In this document: piece by piece, positions 11,501 to 26,500 of the stretch
Layout: each line of letters opens with the position of its first letter
How positions within the stretch are numbered: position 1 is the stretch's first letter
Assembly: GCA_030704615.1 (NCBI GenBank)
Contig: CM060733.1
Location: 37,014,001 to 37,078,000, forward strand
DNA: 64,000 nucleotides
Source: Takakia lepidozioides
Lineage: Eukaryota > Plantae > Bryophyta
Reading direction: 5' to 3'
Position numbers and translations under genes: made by a program
The notes under the pieces: generated by a model
Told to the model about the DNA's origin: nothing
What the model saw: only the letters and a program-made list of their open reading frames with translations
Databases searched by the model: none

Positions 11501-14500
11501 AGAAACCCCACCTGTTTGTCCAAGGCTGGGTAGATCCACAGGGATTTGGTTTCTTGACTAGATTTGCAAAGAGGATTAGGGAGCAGCCCACGGCTGAATC
11601 CTACTGCCCATATTCTTTGACATAATTTCAATCATCACTTCAAATACAATGGTCCCCTGGGAAGTGAAGAAGCCAAGTCCGGTGGAATCTACCCAGCCTT
11701 GGACAAACAAGTGAAGGTCCAGGACAATCTAAAGGCCTTCCCCTGCTAATTATAGAAGTTCAAACAAAAGTATCCTACCTATGTTGTTACAATGTCATCC
11801 CACTTGTTCACTTGTGACTTTTGCCATGATCTTTTTGCTAGCTCTTTGTTCTCTTAGAGGTAGATGTATGCGAGGTGACTATTCTGCTCCCTTTAGTTGT
11901 GTATCAACCCTGCAGAGCACACCCAAGTACCAGTTGATAATTTTGACTGAGTGTTTTCTAGACTGATTTGTTCCGGCCATCACCACGTGGTTTATTTCTT
12001 CTTGGCTTTAATAGTATCTGAACAAGCTTTCTTCCTCTTGTGGGTAATCTTCATACAGTTAGCATATCTTTCTGCAATGATCTGCACAGATCACTGATTT
12101 GTTGTCTGCATCAGAATCTTCCTTCTAAAGATAGAGTCGGGCACATTTCTGACTTTGCTGACTTGCCCACAGCCATTTGCTGATGGGAAGTGCCATGGGG
12201 CACCACTTGGATGGCATTGAGACAAGTTCGTTTACTTCTTCACACTGCAATATCTGTCTAGCCCGTCTAAGAATACAGTTCATTAGATTTCAAGTCCTAG
12301 AGCACTGCCTATTACCTCAGTCAACAGCAGAAAAGTGGTGAGTGTCCGGCTGAACTTCATTGAATTTAGGTTACAGTTATCTACTTACTGCTCAACAATG
12401 GATGTCCAATGTACCAGCTGGCTCACATAAAATTGGTCTCTGTTTGGTCTTTGTTAGTTAGGCTATCACTTGGTTGATTTTTTTGTCTCCCCGGATGTTA
12501 TTGTTGTTTTTCACCTCGGGGGTCGTGTTTTTGACTAATGTGGCCTTTTCTGGACAGTGGGCAATTTCGCTAAACCTCTATTTCTGTATCCTGATCTGAG
12601 ATGCTGCCTCAGCTCCATGAAACCCACGTGCAGTAAAAGGGGAGGTAGTCCTCTAGGTCAAGTTCACCATCTCCTAGCCCAATGACTACTCAACCATGGT
12701 TTCTGTATTCTGGGATCATTCTGGTTTATAGAAGGTGCCAGAGTTCCAATCTCTTTGGTGCCCCGAACTGGTAGGGAGGCACTTCATATTAACTCTCACT
12801 ATGAAGTGGGATATACTAACCTGTGAGTAGACAATGTCTGCAGAAGAAGAGTCTCACCTTCTATCACACCTTCATTATTGGAATGGTTGCTTCACTGGTG
12901 AAGAGTTGTTGATGGGCATGCAGCAATCCAGGGCATCCATTCTGCTCCGGGATCTCTTTGGCAAAGCTGGCAGCTGTTACAGTTGATGAAGTGGGGGCGG
13001 AAACCTTTGTCAGTAGTGGAGCATTGGATAGACTGCATAAGGTATCCTTTGCTTCTATTGTTTGATATCTTTGGTGTCACTCTGTGCCCTGTATTGAGCC
13101 ATGATGGATTCCAGTATCAGATATAGATGTTTATGCCCACGTGGTGGATTACCTAGATAGGCACACCAGTTGTGCATTAATGCAGGTCATGTTGGGATGA
13201 CTTGTAGATGTTGTTGCAGTCTGCTTGCATTGGAGTTATGTCATTGAAGTTTGTCAATCTGGGTGTTTGTAGTCAGTGCGCCTGGAGCGTTTGGCTGTCT
13301 ATCATGATTCAAATAGCAAGCCTTGGAAAACTGAGAAATCTTGGGAGGCAATGACTCCAGAGGAATGGAGTGAGGTACTTTCTCCTCTTTAAATCTGAAT
13401 TCTTGGGCTAGGTCCATGGCTAGCATACATTGCACCAATAGGGACCCCATTGTCTGCACCGCTGTTTCCATCATTTCCTCCTGTGACCTCACGTCTTCAT
13501 GAATTCGAGCACTATATTCCGTTTTGGCCAGATTGAGAAGCTACTTCTAACTACTGAATGCAAGGAATGATTGTGCCTAATGGAATGTTCTCAATCCACA
13601 TCCGCTTGATGTCTTGAAGATGATAACCAAGTAAGAGTCAAGGAAGATCAGATTGAATAAATGTCTGAACCATTTTCTCTTATTGCTTGTGCAGGTCTTT
13701 GAGGTTGGCATCATCTCAGATGCGCTTGGCAGTGTGAAGTTGACTAACTGGGCCTCTGGTCGGCAGTATTTGTTGCACCCTGTGGGTGGCCTAATGCAAT
13801 ATCACCGCCATGGAAAGCGTGAAAAGCGGAGTGCTAATGCTCCTTTTCAAGAGGCCTCTCTTGTGCTAGAGCCAGTTTCATTGACAGTCTTGCAGGTACT
13901 CTTTCCCCTGTTTCCAACCGGGAATATGGACAACTTTGTCCATGTATGTTATCTGCCTTCTGTGCCTGTTGTCCTTGCTTGGGCAATCCTCCAAAGAGAT
14001 ATTGTGGATTGTCAGACCCCTAATTTCTCTCTCCCTTTGTCTTTGGGTCTCTGCTTGTGTGTGTATCTGAATATATACACTCAGATGTTATCTCCACATT
14101 GCCCTCGTACCATGGAGGAGGTGGAGACAACCTCAATTTTGCTCTCGTCCTGTGTTACTTCATTTGAGGCAAAACTGGCTGGGTCTTTGGCCACAAGGCT
14201 ACGGCAAACAACGTCATATGAGTACATTTTTATACTCCCTTGGACGGAAATGCTACTATTGTTCAGTGGGTGCCAGCAATGGTGTCCGGTCTACCTTCGA
14301 GGTGCTCCACCTTGGAGTAGTAGGTTAGGCTGGGTTCTCTAGTGTGCTTCTGTTGTTTGCTGTAGGTTCTTAGCCCGTAAGCTCCCTGGGCTTCCAGTGC
14401 GCATTAGTGTATTTGTTTTTGGTTTGCTTCTTTTTGGCGTTGACTGTTAGGCAATCCCTTCAACAACAGTAACTTTTGGGCTGCTTGTGGAGGGCCCCTC

Positions 14501-17500
14501 TCTCTCTTGTGTTTCTTTCTCTGCTGATGTAATAAAGTACCATTTCTCTTCATTTCATTTCATTTCTTTCTCGTCCCATAATCTCTTTGAGCTTCCTGCG
14601 GACACTATAAAGTCCCATTTCATTTCATTTCATTTTCCTTCATTTGTACAAGGTTTCTTCCTTTTCTCTCTTTCTATCTTTCCCACTCTTGTTAGAGGTA
14701 GAATGAGCACAACTCAAGGTGTGCAACTTCTTTCCAGTAGGAATTGGCATTCCATTGTCTAGGCTGATGATCATGCAGATTTAGCATCTAGTCCTTTTAT
14801 ATGCAGGTCATATGGTTGGCTTTCCAAATTTTGTGGCATGAGACAAGCTGTATATGAATGTTGTGCAGGCTCAATACTGTGATGGCATGAAGCTTCTAGA
14901 GGGCATGTCCAGATACCGGACTCGCCTTCAATATTCACAGTTCCGGCCACAAGTGCCTGTCTCAGAAGATCCAAGGTCGTGGTGGCTTTATGGTTGCCAA
15001 TCTGTACTGCAGCAACAGAGCAAAGTGTGGTTGGTCATTTACCATTGCCATCCATGCTTCATTTGTTCAAGAGTTGAATAACAATTAGATTGAGCAATGG
15101 CGAGTTTTTGCTTGAAAGGTTTCTCTGGAGTCCTGCTCTTCTCCTTTGGTCATCATAACAGTAGGAGAACAGAAGTCAAAGGACAAATGTTGGGTGCTGG
15201 TGTGGTGCCTCATGCTGTGTAGAGAGAGAGCAGAGAGGGAGGGCGAGAGATCTGTTGGTGAGGGCAGGGATGGTTTTTGGTTGCTGATGGCAGGTATAAG
15301 CTACGATGGAAAAAGATAGTCTATCTATGTCAGTGTAGGCGCAAATATGTGCAGCTGTATGCAAAGTGTTTGCGGCAAGGTTTCCAAATGGACAGCCAAG
15401 AAATCAGAGACATGGAGAAGGAGCTGGATGTTGAAGTGATCCTGCTCTGGAGGTTTTCTGCATACCTGACTGGAATTGGATTTCCTTTAGTTACTTTAGC
15501 GGAATCCCTAGATTTTTCTTGGTTCAGGCCCCCTCAGGTACAGCAGTGGGTGTGGAAGTAATGTGAGAGTGCACTGTAATACTTCCATATTGCCTTGTAT
15601 ATTTCTAATTGAAGTATTTCAGATTGTATTGCACATTAATGTTGCAGTGTGTGGTCTTGGTGGAGCCGTATAGGTTGTTAGCACATGCCAAGGTTGAGGG
15701 TGCCAAATCCAAGGAAGCAGCAAAGGAACGCGAAAAGCTGCGAAATAGTTCTTGGTGGTCATTTGGCTGGTAGGCCTGGTGTTCTTACCTTACATGATGA
15801 ACAAAGGGCTTCTGGAGATTTCAGGTGCCTGATTGAGTATCTGGTACACTTCTGGAAGAGATTGGGATGCATATATCCTGATTACAGCAGTTCATCCAAT
15901 ATGATGTTAGTATACTGTCTAGTGGTGGCCATGACTGCAACGTCTGGATAAAACCTGAGAATGCCAAACAACTCAATGACACTGGAAAAGTAGATTGAGA
16001 GAACACAAATCATGGTGAAGGATTGTTTACCTCTGGGATGCCTCCAAGCATCTTGGCCACCTCTTGCAGCATCTGGAAGTTGTGGGCAGTTGCTTCTCTG
16101 TCTGCTGGAATCATGGCCTCCCTCATTTGGAGACTCTGCCCATCCCACTGCCCTTGCTGTCCACTATGTTTTGGACTGCCTGCGGATACAATGTAGAAAC
16201 TTGATTCTTCGTGAACAGGGTTATGGGAATAACTTGCATACCTCACGTCTCCCCCTCACCGGAATTTTCTGATTTACTTGCAAAATTGACGAGTCATTGC
16301 TCTTACTGGTTTCGAGGTTTATGATGTGCAGTAGGTCAGAAATTATACCCTAAATACAACCTGCTTTAGAGATCACATGGCCCCCAAGAAACCCACCAGT
16401 TTGATACACGGTTTCTTGTTGGAAGAATCGCATGTTTGGGGAAGATACAGTGGTAGGTTTGAAAGGAATATTATTTCCTCTGTTTTATATTTTAGGGTTA
16501 ATGCCGTTTTATAAGAGTTAGTATGTGCAATGTGCAGCTTTGCATATTTGCTCCACACTAATGGGTCTATTTTTGTGGAAAGTAGTGTTCTTGAGTTCAT
16601 ATGCAGCAACACAATATACGAAAATAGATACGAACTTGCTGTGGTTTTGCAGGGGCACTATGCAGTCAAGCCAGACTCCTACAATCAAAAGAGAAGATGC
16701 AGGAGTGCCAGGATACTTGACCAAGGATGAGTGGAGTAAAATTAACAACCTCCTGAGCTATCAGCCTGGACACGACTCTGTACTTGTTAACAAACAAGAA
16801 GCTGCCAACATGATGCAGATTGCCCTGGATGTTAGCATCCAACAGGCCTCTGCCACTGTGGTAGACAGTAACGGCATGGAGATACTGTGTGGCACTTTCG
16901 AGAATCTGCGAACTGTGCTGAAAGTGTATGAGAAGACTGTGGTGTGTGATTTGAAACTACAGTTTTATGGCCTCTCGGCACCAGAAGGTGTTCTGATCGA
17001 GGTAGCATTACACTCCATTTTCATGACTGATTCACCAGGCGGAGCCACTTTGCTTCTTGCCACGCCCCTCATGTGTTAGTTCTCTTTCTTTGCCAAAAGC
17101 AGTTATCTCTTCGAATAGTGAATACCTCTGGCTTTCAATCCACTGTGGCCTTGCATTGGTACTGACGGATGCTTTTCTTGGGACTTTACATTCTGCCAAT
17201 GCCTTGACTAACTAGCTTTGGGAGTAATGCAATGCCAGCTCGATAGATTGTAATGGCTTTGCAATTAATTTTGGAAATGCTAATCTTTTTGTGAAGGTTT
17301 TTCCTGCAGAGTGTGAGTCGAGAGGGAAGGGACCACGCACTAACAACAATGTTTGTGCATTTGCCCTTCGAAGAGCCTTTGGACTGGAAGTTGTCTGCAA
17401 CAATGTCACCTTGCCATGTCACGGTATCTCTATGTTTATTTTAGGTTTGCTATTTGAGGTTTTGCTGTGTAGTAATAGATGTCAAAGGCTATGCTGTTCC

Positions 17501-20500
17501 TCATGAAGGGTATCGGGGTAATTGACTGTGTATTGTAGGAATTGTAAGTGTTTTGTGCTGTTTGAGATTTGGGCAGACAAGGTGCAAGACATTTGTTCTT
17601 TGTTTCATGTTTGGTTGTAATAAGGATCTTAGACTTTTGATATAATGTCTATGAGTAGAACTGGACAGCAGTGCAGCAATAAATGAGGTGAAGTGTGGGA
17701 GGAAGAGTGTACCCAGCTGATTCTCTAGAAGAAGGGTTGGAAGGACAGGTCCATGTCATAATCCTGCCACTCAGGTCTTAGTGAAATGTCTAGTTTGTGA
17801 ACATATATCAAAGCCCTTGAGCTGATTCTTGCTACTTTCCTCTCTGCCTTCAAGTTTTTCACAGCTGCTGCTGTACTTTTGGAGTTATAGTTATAGGGGT
17901 TAGTCATGATTCCCCCAACTGCTTTTCTCAGAGAAGAAGCAATGACAGTATCCAATGATAAGTTTTGTGTATTAGGACGCAGTTTAAGGATGAAGATTGA
18001 CACACTTATCATGGGTCTCCACAGGTATGGAGGTTGAGCTTTGAGAGGTTCTTACAATTCCTGAAGAGCAGTCAGGCTCTTAGTCCTGGTGTGGCTTTAG
18101 AATCTGTGGCGGTCTTGCAGGTGGACTTTCAACCTTCCACCACTGGTTCTCTTTTGGATGATCCTTTTTTAATGTGATGTCGTTTGATATGGCACTTCTC
18201 TGTCATTTGAGCATGGCATAGGACTGATATGCACAGTTGAGAATTGTTGATGTGACTAGAACACAAGTCAGTCTTGTATTAGACCAAGTGAGTGCAAAGC
18301 GAGTGAATTTTTTTCTGGCGAAAAATCACCAAAAAAATTGAATGTTTTAGCAAATAAAGTTTTTGTTTTGCCAAATCAGATGGAAATTTGGAGGTTTTTT
18401 GCCAGATACAGGCGATGGGATAGGAACATATCATTATGGTGAAGTATACAGTGTCATTTCACGAAACTAGTCGCCATTCGGGCTATAAGTAGAGAATGTC
18501 AAAAGAAAAATCTTTGGACAAGCTCAACTTAATGAAATCTTATGCTCTCTATCCTTTTCAACAGTCTTGTGGATACAATGTTTCAAACCATTGTCACAAT
18601 TGGTGCATAATATACCGTGGCTTCTGTTGGAAGAGCAACCTGGAGTACACATTTGGTTGAAAGTCAAATAGACTATAGGGTCGTTTGTGGGGCTGAGCAG
18701 CAGAAGTCTAACTCATTGACTGAGCTTCAAATAATGGGTTGATAATGAATTTTATGCTGCAGAGTAAGCTAGAAGAAGTTACTCGTCGGGCACAGGAACA
18801 ATTGCAGATTGTGTTGGAAAAACGCAGCAGGTTATTCTTGCATCCTTTTTGGCTGTCAATACTGCTGTGAATGTTAAGCTACTGATGGACACTCCTGGTG
18901 AGTGCACCATCTGTCTTAAGAAGTTTGGTTGCAGTAAAAGCCATGCTGACACTGTAATTTTGATGAGAGAATAGGTTTACGGTCGACCTTGATCTGGATG
19001 CACCTAAGATCACCATTCCGTCCAAAGCCACAAAAATCGGTGGTCCTGGCACTCGGCTTCTATTGGACTTGGGCCACTTCACTTTACATACTGCTCATGT
19101 AAGTTTCCTCTCTGTGTCCTTCTCTTTTCCTTCCTGATGTGAGAGTCAGAGTAGGCTGCAGCACCTCACCACTGTTGGTACCATTTGTCTGGTCATCACT
19201 TTCAAAACTTGTTGCAGGGGTTGCTGCCTCATTCTGTGTTAGAAATGGAAGGATTACATGGGAGGGAGTATCTGTCTCTAATTGGAAGGGTGGTGGACAG
19301 GATGCCTCTCTGGATGCTCCACAGGATGCTTGTTTGTCGAAAGCAGATTTATATTCTCGTTTCCATATATCTGGGAACGAGATATCGGCCTTTCTGGTTG
19401 AGGGAGATTTTCAGTGGTCACAAATGGATTTGCTGTATGCAGCATCCGTTCCTGCTCGTGTGATACGCCATGATAAGACTGATGACTTGGCTTCCGGCGT
19501 TGTCCTGCCAGTCATTGACCGTTGTGGCATGTCACTAGTCTTTGATCAGGTAGGTTGTGCCAAATTGTTGGACATACTTACTCTCCCTTTCTTGTTCTGT
19601 CTACAGAAAAATGCATAGTGTTCAGAATCTTTGGTTATGTTGAGGACGAAAGAAGGAAAAACACTGGGCAACTTCCTCAAGTGACCAAAGCAATGAAATG
19701 AATGAAATGAAATGGTACTTTATAAATAATAATGGCACTTTATAAATAAAGGGACATCATAGTAAAGGGACTTTATAAATAAAGGGATATCATAATGCCA
19801 CAGAGGGTCCTGAGGACCAATGGACAGAGAAGGTAACAAGGACTTCCACATTACGCAGTTCCTAGAAGACTGAATAGCACCCCTGTCCAACATGTGGAGG
19901 ATGCCTTGGAAGTCTTAGTTGTTTGCTTCTTCCATGCTTTGTGGAGAAATCCATTGTCAGTACAAGGAAAGAGGACTGAAATGAAATGAAATGGTACTTT
20001 ATAACGTCTGCGGAAAGCTCAAAGAGAGAAGGAATCATGTCCACACTTCGCTCAAAGAGCTTATGGACAAAGGAAATTAGAAAACAGGACAGAAAGGAAT
20101 GAAATATTTTCCTTTGTGAGGGGCTCACTCTAGTAGTGTGATTTACCTTGATTGAAACAATTAGTTTGTGCTTTCTGGATATCCTCTAGAAAGCTCTTCA
20201 CACAAGCATGAATCTGCTGTGTGTGAGCAGCCCAAAAGTTAGACCCCAACAGGGGCAGCCTCGAGATGTGAAAGTTGGTGAACAGAGGTGCAGGAACCAT
20301 TTTCTTGATGTTCCCAAAGAGGGTCACTCTCTGGTGAGAATACCTCGGGTAATGCATCAGAAAATGGATAGTGTCTTCAGTTTGCCCGCACGGCGGTCAA
20401 GTACAATCTTCTCTTCCTCTCTGCATCTGTTTATTGTTCAAAGGTAGGTAGGCCCTTCAGATCAGCCTTAAGGTCCTTGCCCATGTCACAGACTGGGAAC

Positions 20501-23500
20501 AAGGTCAAGAAAGGCTTTTGTCTAACTTCATTTTCATTGGACAGTCTTTGGACATCAGAGATCACTTTGGACACAACCCCACCTCGAGGTCAGCTTCATC
20601 CAGTAGAGTCAATTCTAGAGCCGTACCTTTCAGTCAACTGTTTCGGGCATTTTCTATTTGTCCAAAGGAACCGCTGAACAAATCTCAATGTGGGGATTAC
20701 AGCTTTTGGGCTCTTCCCGCCTGGGAGGATTTGCCTGCTGCACTGTAGGTTCTGATGCTTGTCACCTAGCCTCTGTTCTTGATCATGTGGAAGGATAGGG
20801 TTGCCATTGTGTGTGGAAAGGATAATTGTGACAATCCTTTATGAGTGATTAGTTGGGTCTCACTTATTTGGCCGACAAAGCTGCTTAGCTATGCCTTTGG
20901 CATTGACCTAAGGGATGAAGAATGCTTCATACCCATCACCTAGCAAGTAGAAAATGTCGGGCCGCCCAACATTTAACACTTTCTGGGATGACTTGTGGTG
21001 GCAGTTGAAGCTTAAATGTGGTACTTACCAGCTCTTTGTCACCCAGTACTAAACGAGTTGGTGAAAGCAATCTCATTACAAGGTGTTCTCTTTGCCAATG
21101 GGTAGCAATGCAGCACCCGGAGACTGAAGTGGCCTAGGAGATGGCGGCCTTAAGAAGAACACAGGGGAGTGTTAGCATTGTGGACCCAGAGATTTAAGCT
21201 ACCTTCCTCTGCTATTGGTTCCGTTGCTCGTTGGGATCCTCCTTTCAATGTGGGAAGGCATCTTCAAGAACAACTTGACACTCTCGTCTCCCTCTGTGCC
21301 CCCAGATGGGCAGCAGTTTGGGAGAAAAAGTTGGGGGTGCAATTTGAGAATATGTGGAATGTCTGGAGGTTCAGAGGCCCTATGGATCCCCTCTTCCTTG
21401 CAAAGTGGTAGGAAGTGGTGCAAGGAGAGTCTTTTGAAAAGGGATTCATCTGACTGCAACCCTCCTACCTGTGAAAAATTGGTCTGGCGGCCCCTTGGAG
21501 CCTTGGAGTAGCTGGATTGGGCTGCCGGTGCTGGTTTGGAGTACTGTACCTGCTCAAGTAGAACGAAGCAATATCCTTTTCCTGAGATGCTGTCTCAAGT
21601 TGACATCAGCTTGCAGCAAAACCAGCTTACATTGTTGGTACTCTCTTGTGTAAATGTAGTGGCTGGGCCTATCTGAAGCTAACTGGTCTAGCATCTTGTA
21701 GACTGTATGATCTCCATCGAGGTCCGTGCCTTGCTTGTGCAAATCACCCAGAGAGACAAGCAGCCGATGCTAGAGCACTCTCTTTTATGGAAACTGCCTT
21801 CTCCCTAAAGAATATAAGTCATTACCTCATGCTTCACAGCACTTGATGTCACCAGACATAATGGCTGAGTGTGTGATTAGGGGTCGAATATGGGTGGTCA
21901 CATTTGGGATGTGGGAAGGGAGGAGGAGGAAATTAGGAAGATAATTAGCCAGGGGAGCCAGCATGGTGAGGTGCAGGATAGCGGAGTCTGATCTCTCTGG
22001 TTTTTACCTCTTCTCCCACTTTGATGGGGTGTTATTTTTCTTGGAAGGTGGTTACACAATCATTCCTTTTTGGTTGCATTTGGTCTATTTCTGTTCACAT
22101 GTACCCAATCTGGTTCAGCATTTGTCTGCGGACGAAAGCTGTGATTATGGTTTTGCTGTATTAATTTTGTTTTGAGATTTTCAGCCTCTCTCCTTAAAAA
22201 CAACGTTGTGGAGAGAGCCACGTCTTCCTCCCGAGAAACCAAAAGACCAGGGAAAAATAAACCTTATCCTGTCCGGATGGCACCGGGAGGGACCACTGGA
22301 CAAGGTAGAATACCAAAATTCCCACAATAAGATGCAGCAATTATTGTGTAGTGTTGTGTTGAAATTTTGAAAAGGAAACTCAAAAGTAAGAGGAACTAAA
22401 GTTTTGTTGAAGAGGGAAGTTCTATGTGCCTATGGCAGCAAACTAAATATCCTAATCTACCAAGTCTGAAGTAACTTTCTGAGAGGGCTCCCAATGGGTT
22501 GGAGAGAATGGTAGTTCTAGTAAAGTTCCAAAAACCAATACAATTGTAATGAATAAATCTATGGAGGCCATGATGGTGCAGGGAACATACAAACCACACT
22601 ACAGAAAAGACAGAATTTTGGGGAAGGAAAGAGTACTGTGTTTCAGCAACCTAAAACCCAAAGTGTAATGAGATTTCCAGAACACCAACAAGATTGAAAT
22701 GCTTGCTGGATTCCACAGGCACTACTCACATGAAAAGAAAGAATGAAATAAAATGGCACTTCATAATTTCGGTGGGAAGCTCAAAGAAAGTAGAAGTAAC
22801 TTGATAATGTCTACAGATAGGAAGAGTGGAACTTTGACACTTCCAAAAAGGGCCTGTGGCACATAAGAATCACAACAGAAACCAAAACGAATTGAGCATT
22901 ACCTTAATTTCCAATGAACAAATAAAGGAAGAAAAGGGAAGAGACGAAGAAATGACGTTCTCTCTCCTCGTTTTGATGGTCCAACATGTGTAGACATATG
23001 CTGACGAGGCAGGGAGAGAGGAGAGAGGGGTGTTTCCCCATCTTCCTTTCAGAGCAAAGAGAAGAAAATGGAAAGGGACTTTACATTGTTCAGATGGAAC
23101 AAACTAGAACAGAAGTTAGTTAAAATTGCACCTCGACAAAGTGCCTCATGCCAGGTATGCTTCCAAGTACTTCTGTTTCTCGAAGCTGAAGAAGAAGAGG
23201 CTCTTTATGTCAGAGAGAGGCCTAGAGGTTACTTGGGACATGAGAGAGACGGTGTGATTTACCTGGCAAAGATATCTCAATGTATGGATATATTCTGTTT
23301 TCACAGATTCGGGTGGAGCATCCAAGCTACCCATCTACACGGTTGGCAATCAAGGTCCCTCGTCTTGGCATACATTTCTCACCTGCAATTTTTCAACAAC
23401 TGATGCTTGTTCTGAAGGCTGTGGGTGGCATTGACAAATTCGAGGGGTGTGAGAGCAAAGAACTTGCTGCAACACTTGCACCGTGGCACTCAGCAGATCA

Positions 23501-26500
23501 TTCTGGGGACGTTTGGATTCTTCTCTGGGGGGTATGTTGGTATCCTTCACTGCGTCATTTATCCTGTCGATACCAGGTCACAATGTTGTGGTTGTTGACT
23601 TGTTTGCATTCGTACTGTTATTTCTGATTTGGTTGTTCCATGTTGAAGATTTCACTGTTGAAGAAAACTTTTTTACCTGTGAGAATTAAACTGTAGTGTG
23701 ATTAGTGATGAGTGTCACTTTGTAAGGACACTTTGCTGAAGTTGTTAAGAGTACCATGTTGGAATATGGCCAGATACATGTGGGGTTGGTCCCTTTCCTG
23801 TCAAAATATTGGTATATGCATGCCCTCAAGAAACCCCACTATGGTTTGGAGGCAGTTCTGCAGTTTGTGGACGGGTTGCTTATGTTTCAGCTCTTTCTGT
23901 GGGCTTATGGCTGGTCAACCTCAGAGTCATCTCTGGTGGTATGTGGCCATATTTCCGCTCTGCCTGTCTAGCATCTGTTGCTCAATAATATGAGTTTTTG
24001 ACTGTTGCTGCACTCACTGGGCTCTGCAGGGAATAGGCAGTGCAGTTGCTGAGTGGCAGCCTTGCTGGGCTGTGTTGGCTGGGACCTTCTTGTATATATT
24101 GGAGTCAGAAACTGCACAGACCTATCAGCGTTGTTCCAGGTACTCTTTCATAGGGCATTGACAAAAGGTAATAAAGCCTATGCAAGAACTCTCTAAGAGC
24201 AGTTGTTCAGTCCGTGTTAGTAGGGCCTGCTGTTGTTTCAAGATGGTGGAGCATGAGGAAGCGTGACTGGGTTAGAGTGGAGGGTCTTATTGAGTAGTCA
24301 TTGCTTCCAGGTGGGCTCAGGAACTTCTGATTTCAGCTTTGAAGCCAGGATGAATTGTTGCCATTTTGGGGTAGTCCGTTTTCTTTTGCATGTGGAAGGA
24401 CTGCTGTCAGTTCGGTTGAGCAAATTTTGGTCAATAACTTGTTGTCGTGGTTGGTTGCAGTTTAACTGGGAAGCAGGTTGTGGAACTGCCCAGTGCAAGT
24501 ATTGGAGGTTTTGAGTGTGTTCTTGCTGTTTGTGATCGAGGAATCGAGATTCAGAAGGTAATGTTGAGGGTTGGTAAATAGAGCTACCTGGATTTGATTC
24601 TTTGTACCATTTGGATTGCATAACAACGTTGACTTGTGTATGTGCTGTAATATGGTGGTCTTCAGATACACCTCCAGGAAGAGAGTTGCAGACCATAGAC
24701 TGATCATGTGTCCATGTGGATTGGGTAAAGATTTTGGTGCTTGTTCCAATGTTTCAACATCACCATTTACTTTGACTCAGCTGCCAGAGCTTGAAATAGT
24801 GCCCTTATTAGCAACTCAATTGCTTCTCATTTCTTTAAATTCTATATGGGTGTCATTGTGGGTCCGATGCGATTTACCGCATTTGTGGATGAAGGAAAGA
24901 GGACCTAGTTACTACAAACTCACTTCTCAACAGTAATATCGTTGTCCGTTTGTTACTTTCTAGGAGGTCTACTTTATAATAATGCTAGTCCCTTCTGGGA
25001 ACTCAATATATACTCATTCATCTAGTTTTGTCTGATATGTGCAGGTCATAGAGTCTTCAACTGCTGTGGTCATGCGTTTTAGAAATGTGGAACAGAAAGG
25101 AGCTTGGATTCATTATATCACTTTAGCGATATACAAGGCATCGGTAATGGCCATCTTATGCTTGATAAGTAATTGTGGAAAGAAGATTTTCTGCTGCTTA
25201 TTGTTGCAGTGTTATGCTATTCAGTGGGGTGGAAGGTCGGTTGTTGAGCTGCTTCTCCAGGAGCCTATGAGGCTACTGAATAAAATGGACTTGCCATGTC
25301 TATCCAAGATCTGTCCTTAGAGATCCCTTATGTCCGCCTGATCCCCCCGTGGGGCGGATTTGTTTATTTGTTCAAGGGCTGTTTGATACTTATGAATGTA
25401 GAGCAATCTTCATGTGACACAATTTAACTGGTCCCTATTTTACTCTATGTGAATGAAAGCCATTGCAATATATGCTTGTTTAAGGAATCAGAGAATCCTC
25501 TTGCACCTTTCTTATGTTTGAGGGGAACCTATGAGTTTGTGGTGGGTGTGCAATGTTATTTCTGTGACACTAGGATTGTCTATTCTCGAATGGTCCAAAC
25601 TAGAATTCGTTATTTCCCTTGTGCAGGCGCTTTTATCTCTGCCGTTACGGGTGGACTGGAAGAGTGATGCAAGTGAGGAGGAGGACGTGTGTGCAATGGA
25701 TCCTGCAAAACAGCCCAATTTATTTGTGATGGGTCTGCTACAAGAGCTACAGCTATCTGTCAGCACTTCGGTATGCCATTGTTTAGACTGCTGTGTATAT
25801 GGTTAATGAAGTTATTTCATAGGCCCCTCAGGGTTTCTGACCAGTGTTGATCAGGCAACTATTTCTCCCCGACTTAGGCTCGTATTCTTGTAGAACTTCT
25901 TTTAAATGGTACTGTAGTTACTTTTTGCATTTATGTCATCTTTGTCTGCTTACAGTACAATGCACAGTTGTGTTTGTACGGTTTTCTTGTCCATGATATT
26001 GCTCTGATATTAGTCAATCGGTCGATTGGCCTATGAATGGAAGACAAATGTTACTCATGCGGATTCAATGGGGGAAGAGAGACTTATTTTTCAGCTGCAG
26101 GCGAATGGTGGCAAGGTAAGCTCGAATATGTTCTTTAGTTTTCCACATACAGTGTTGGAGGTTGGTCAAGATGAACATATTTGTGTAGTTCTTCAAAATA
26201 AGGTCGTGATGCTGCAGAGAGACTTCACAATGTGTTGGCTGGTGTCACATTTGATAGAAGTTGAAACCTTGTTAGTCCTGTTTTAGGACCCTTATTACTG
26301 AATTGACATAGAACTTAAAGGAAGGATATAACAAATGCGGAAGATAAAGGATTTGTGAGTAACGTTTATAAATATGTGGTAGCACAGTACTATGAGTACA
26401 GCATTGTTATTGGGTGTTGGAGCACTTGATGCCAGGGCAAACTATGGTATAATGAGTGCATATGGATGCATAACATAGGCCCAATAGATGAATAACCTAC

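Noticed and set aside
20700-21560. Trp-rich ORF fragments, possibly an L1 3' end (similar traces at 8000-8560, 9480-9730, 49240-49460, 61480-61960)
   Set aside because: Too decayed to assign boundaries or family by eye.
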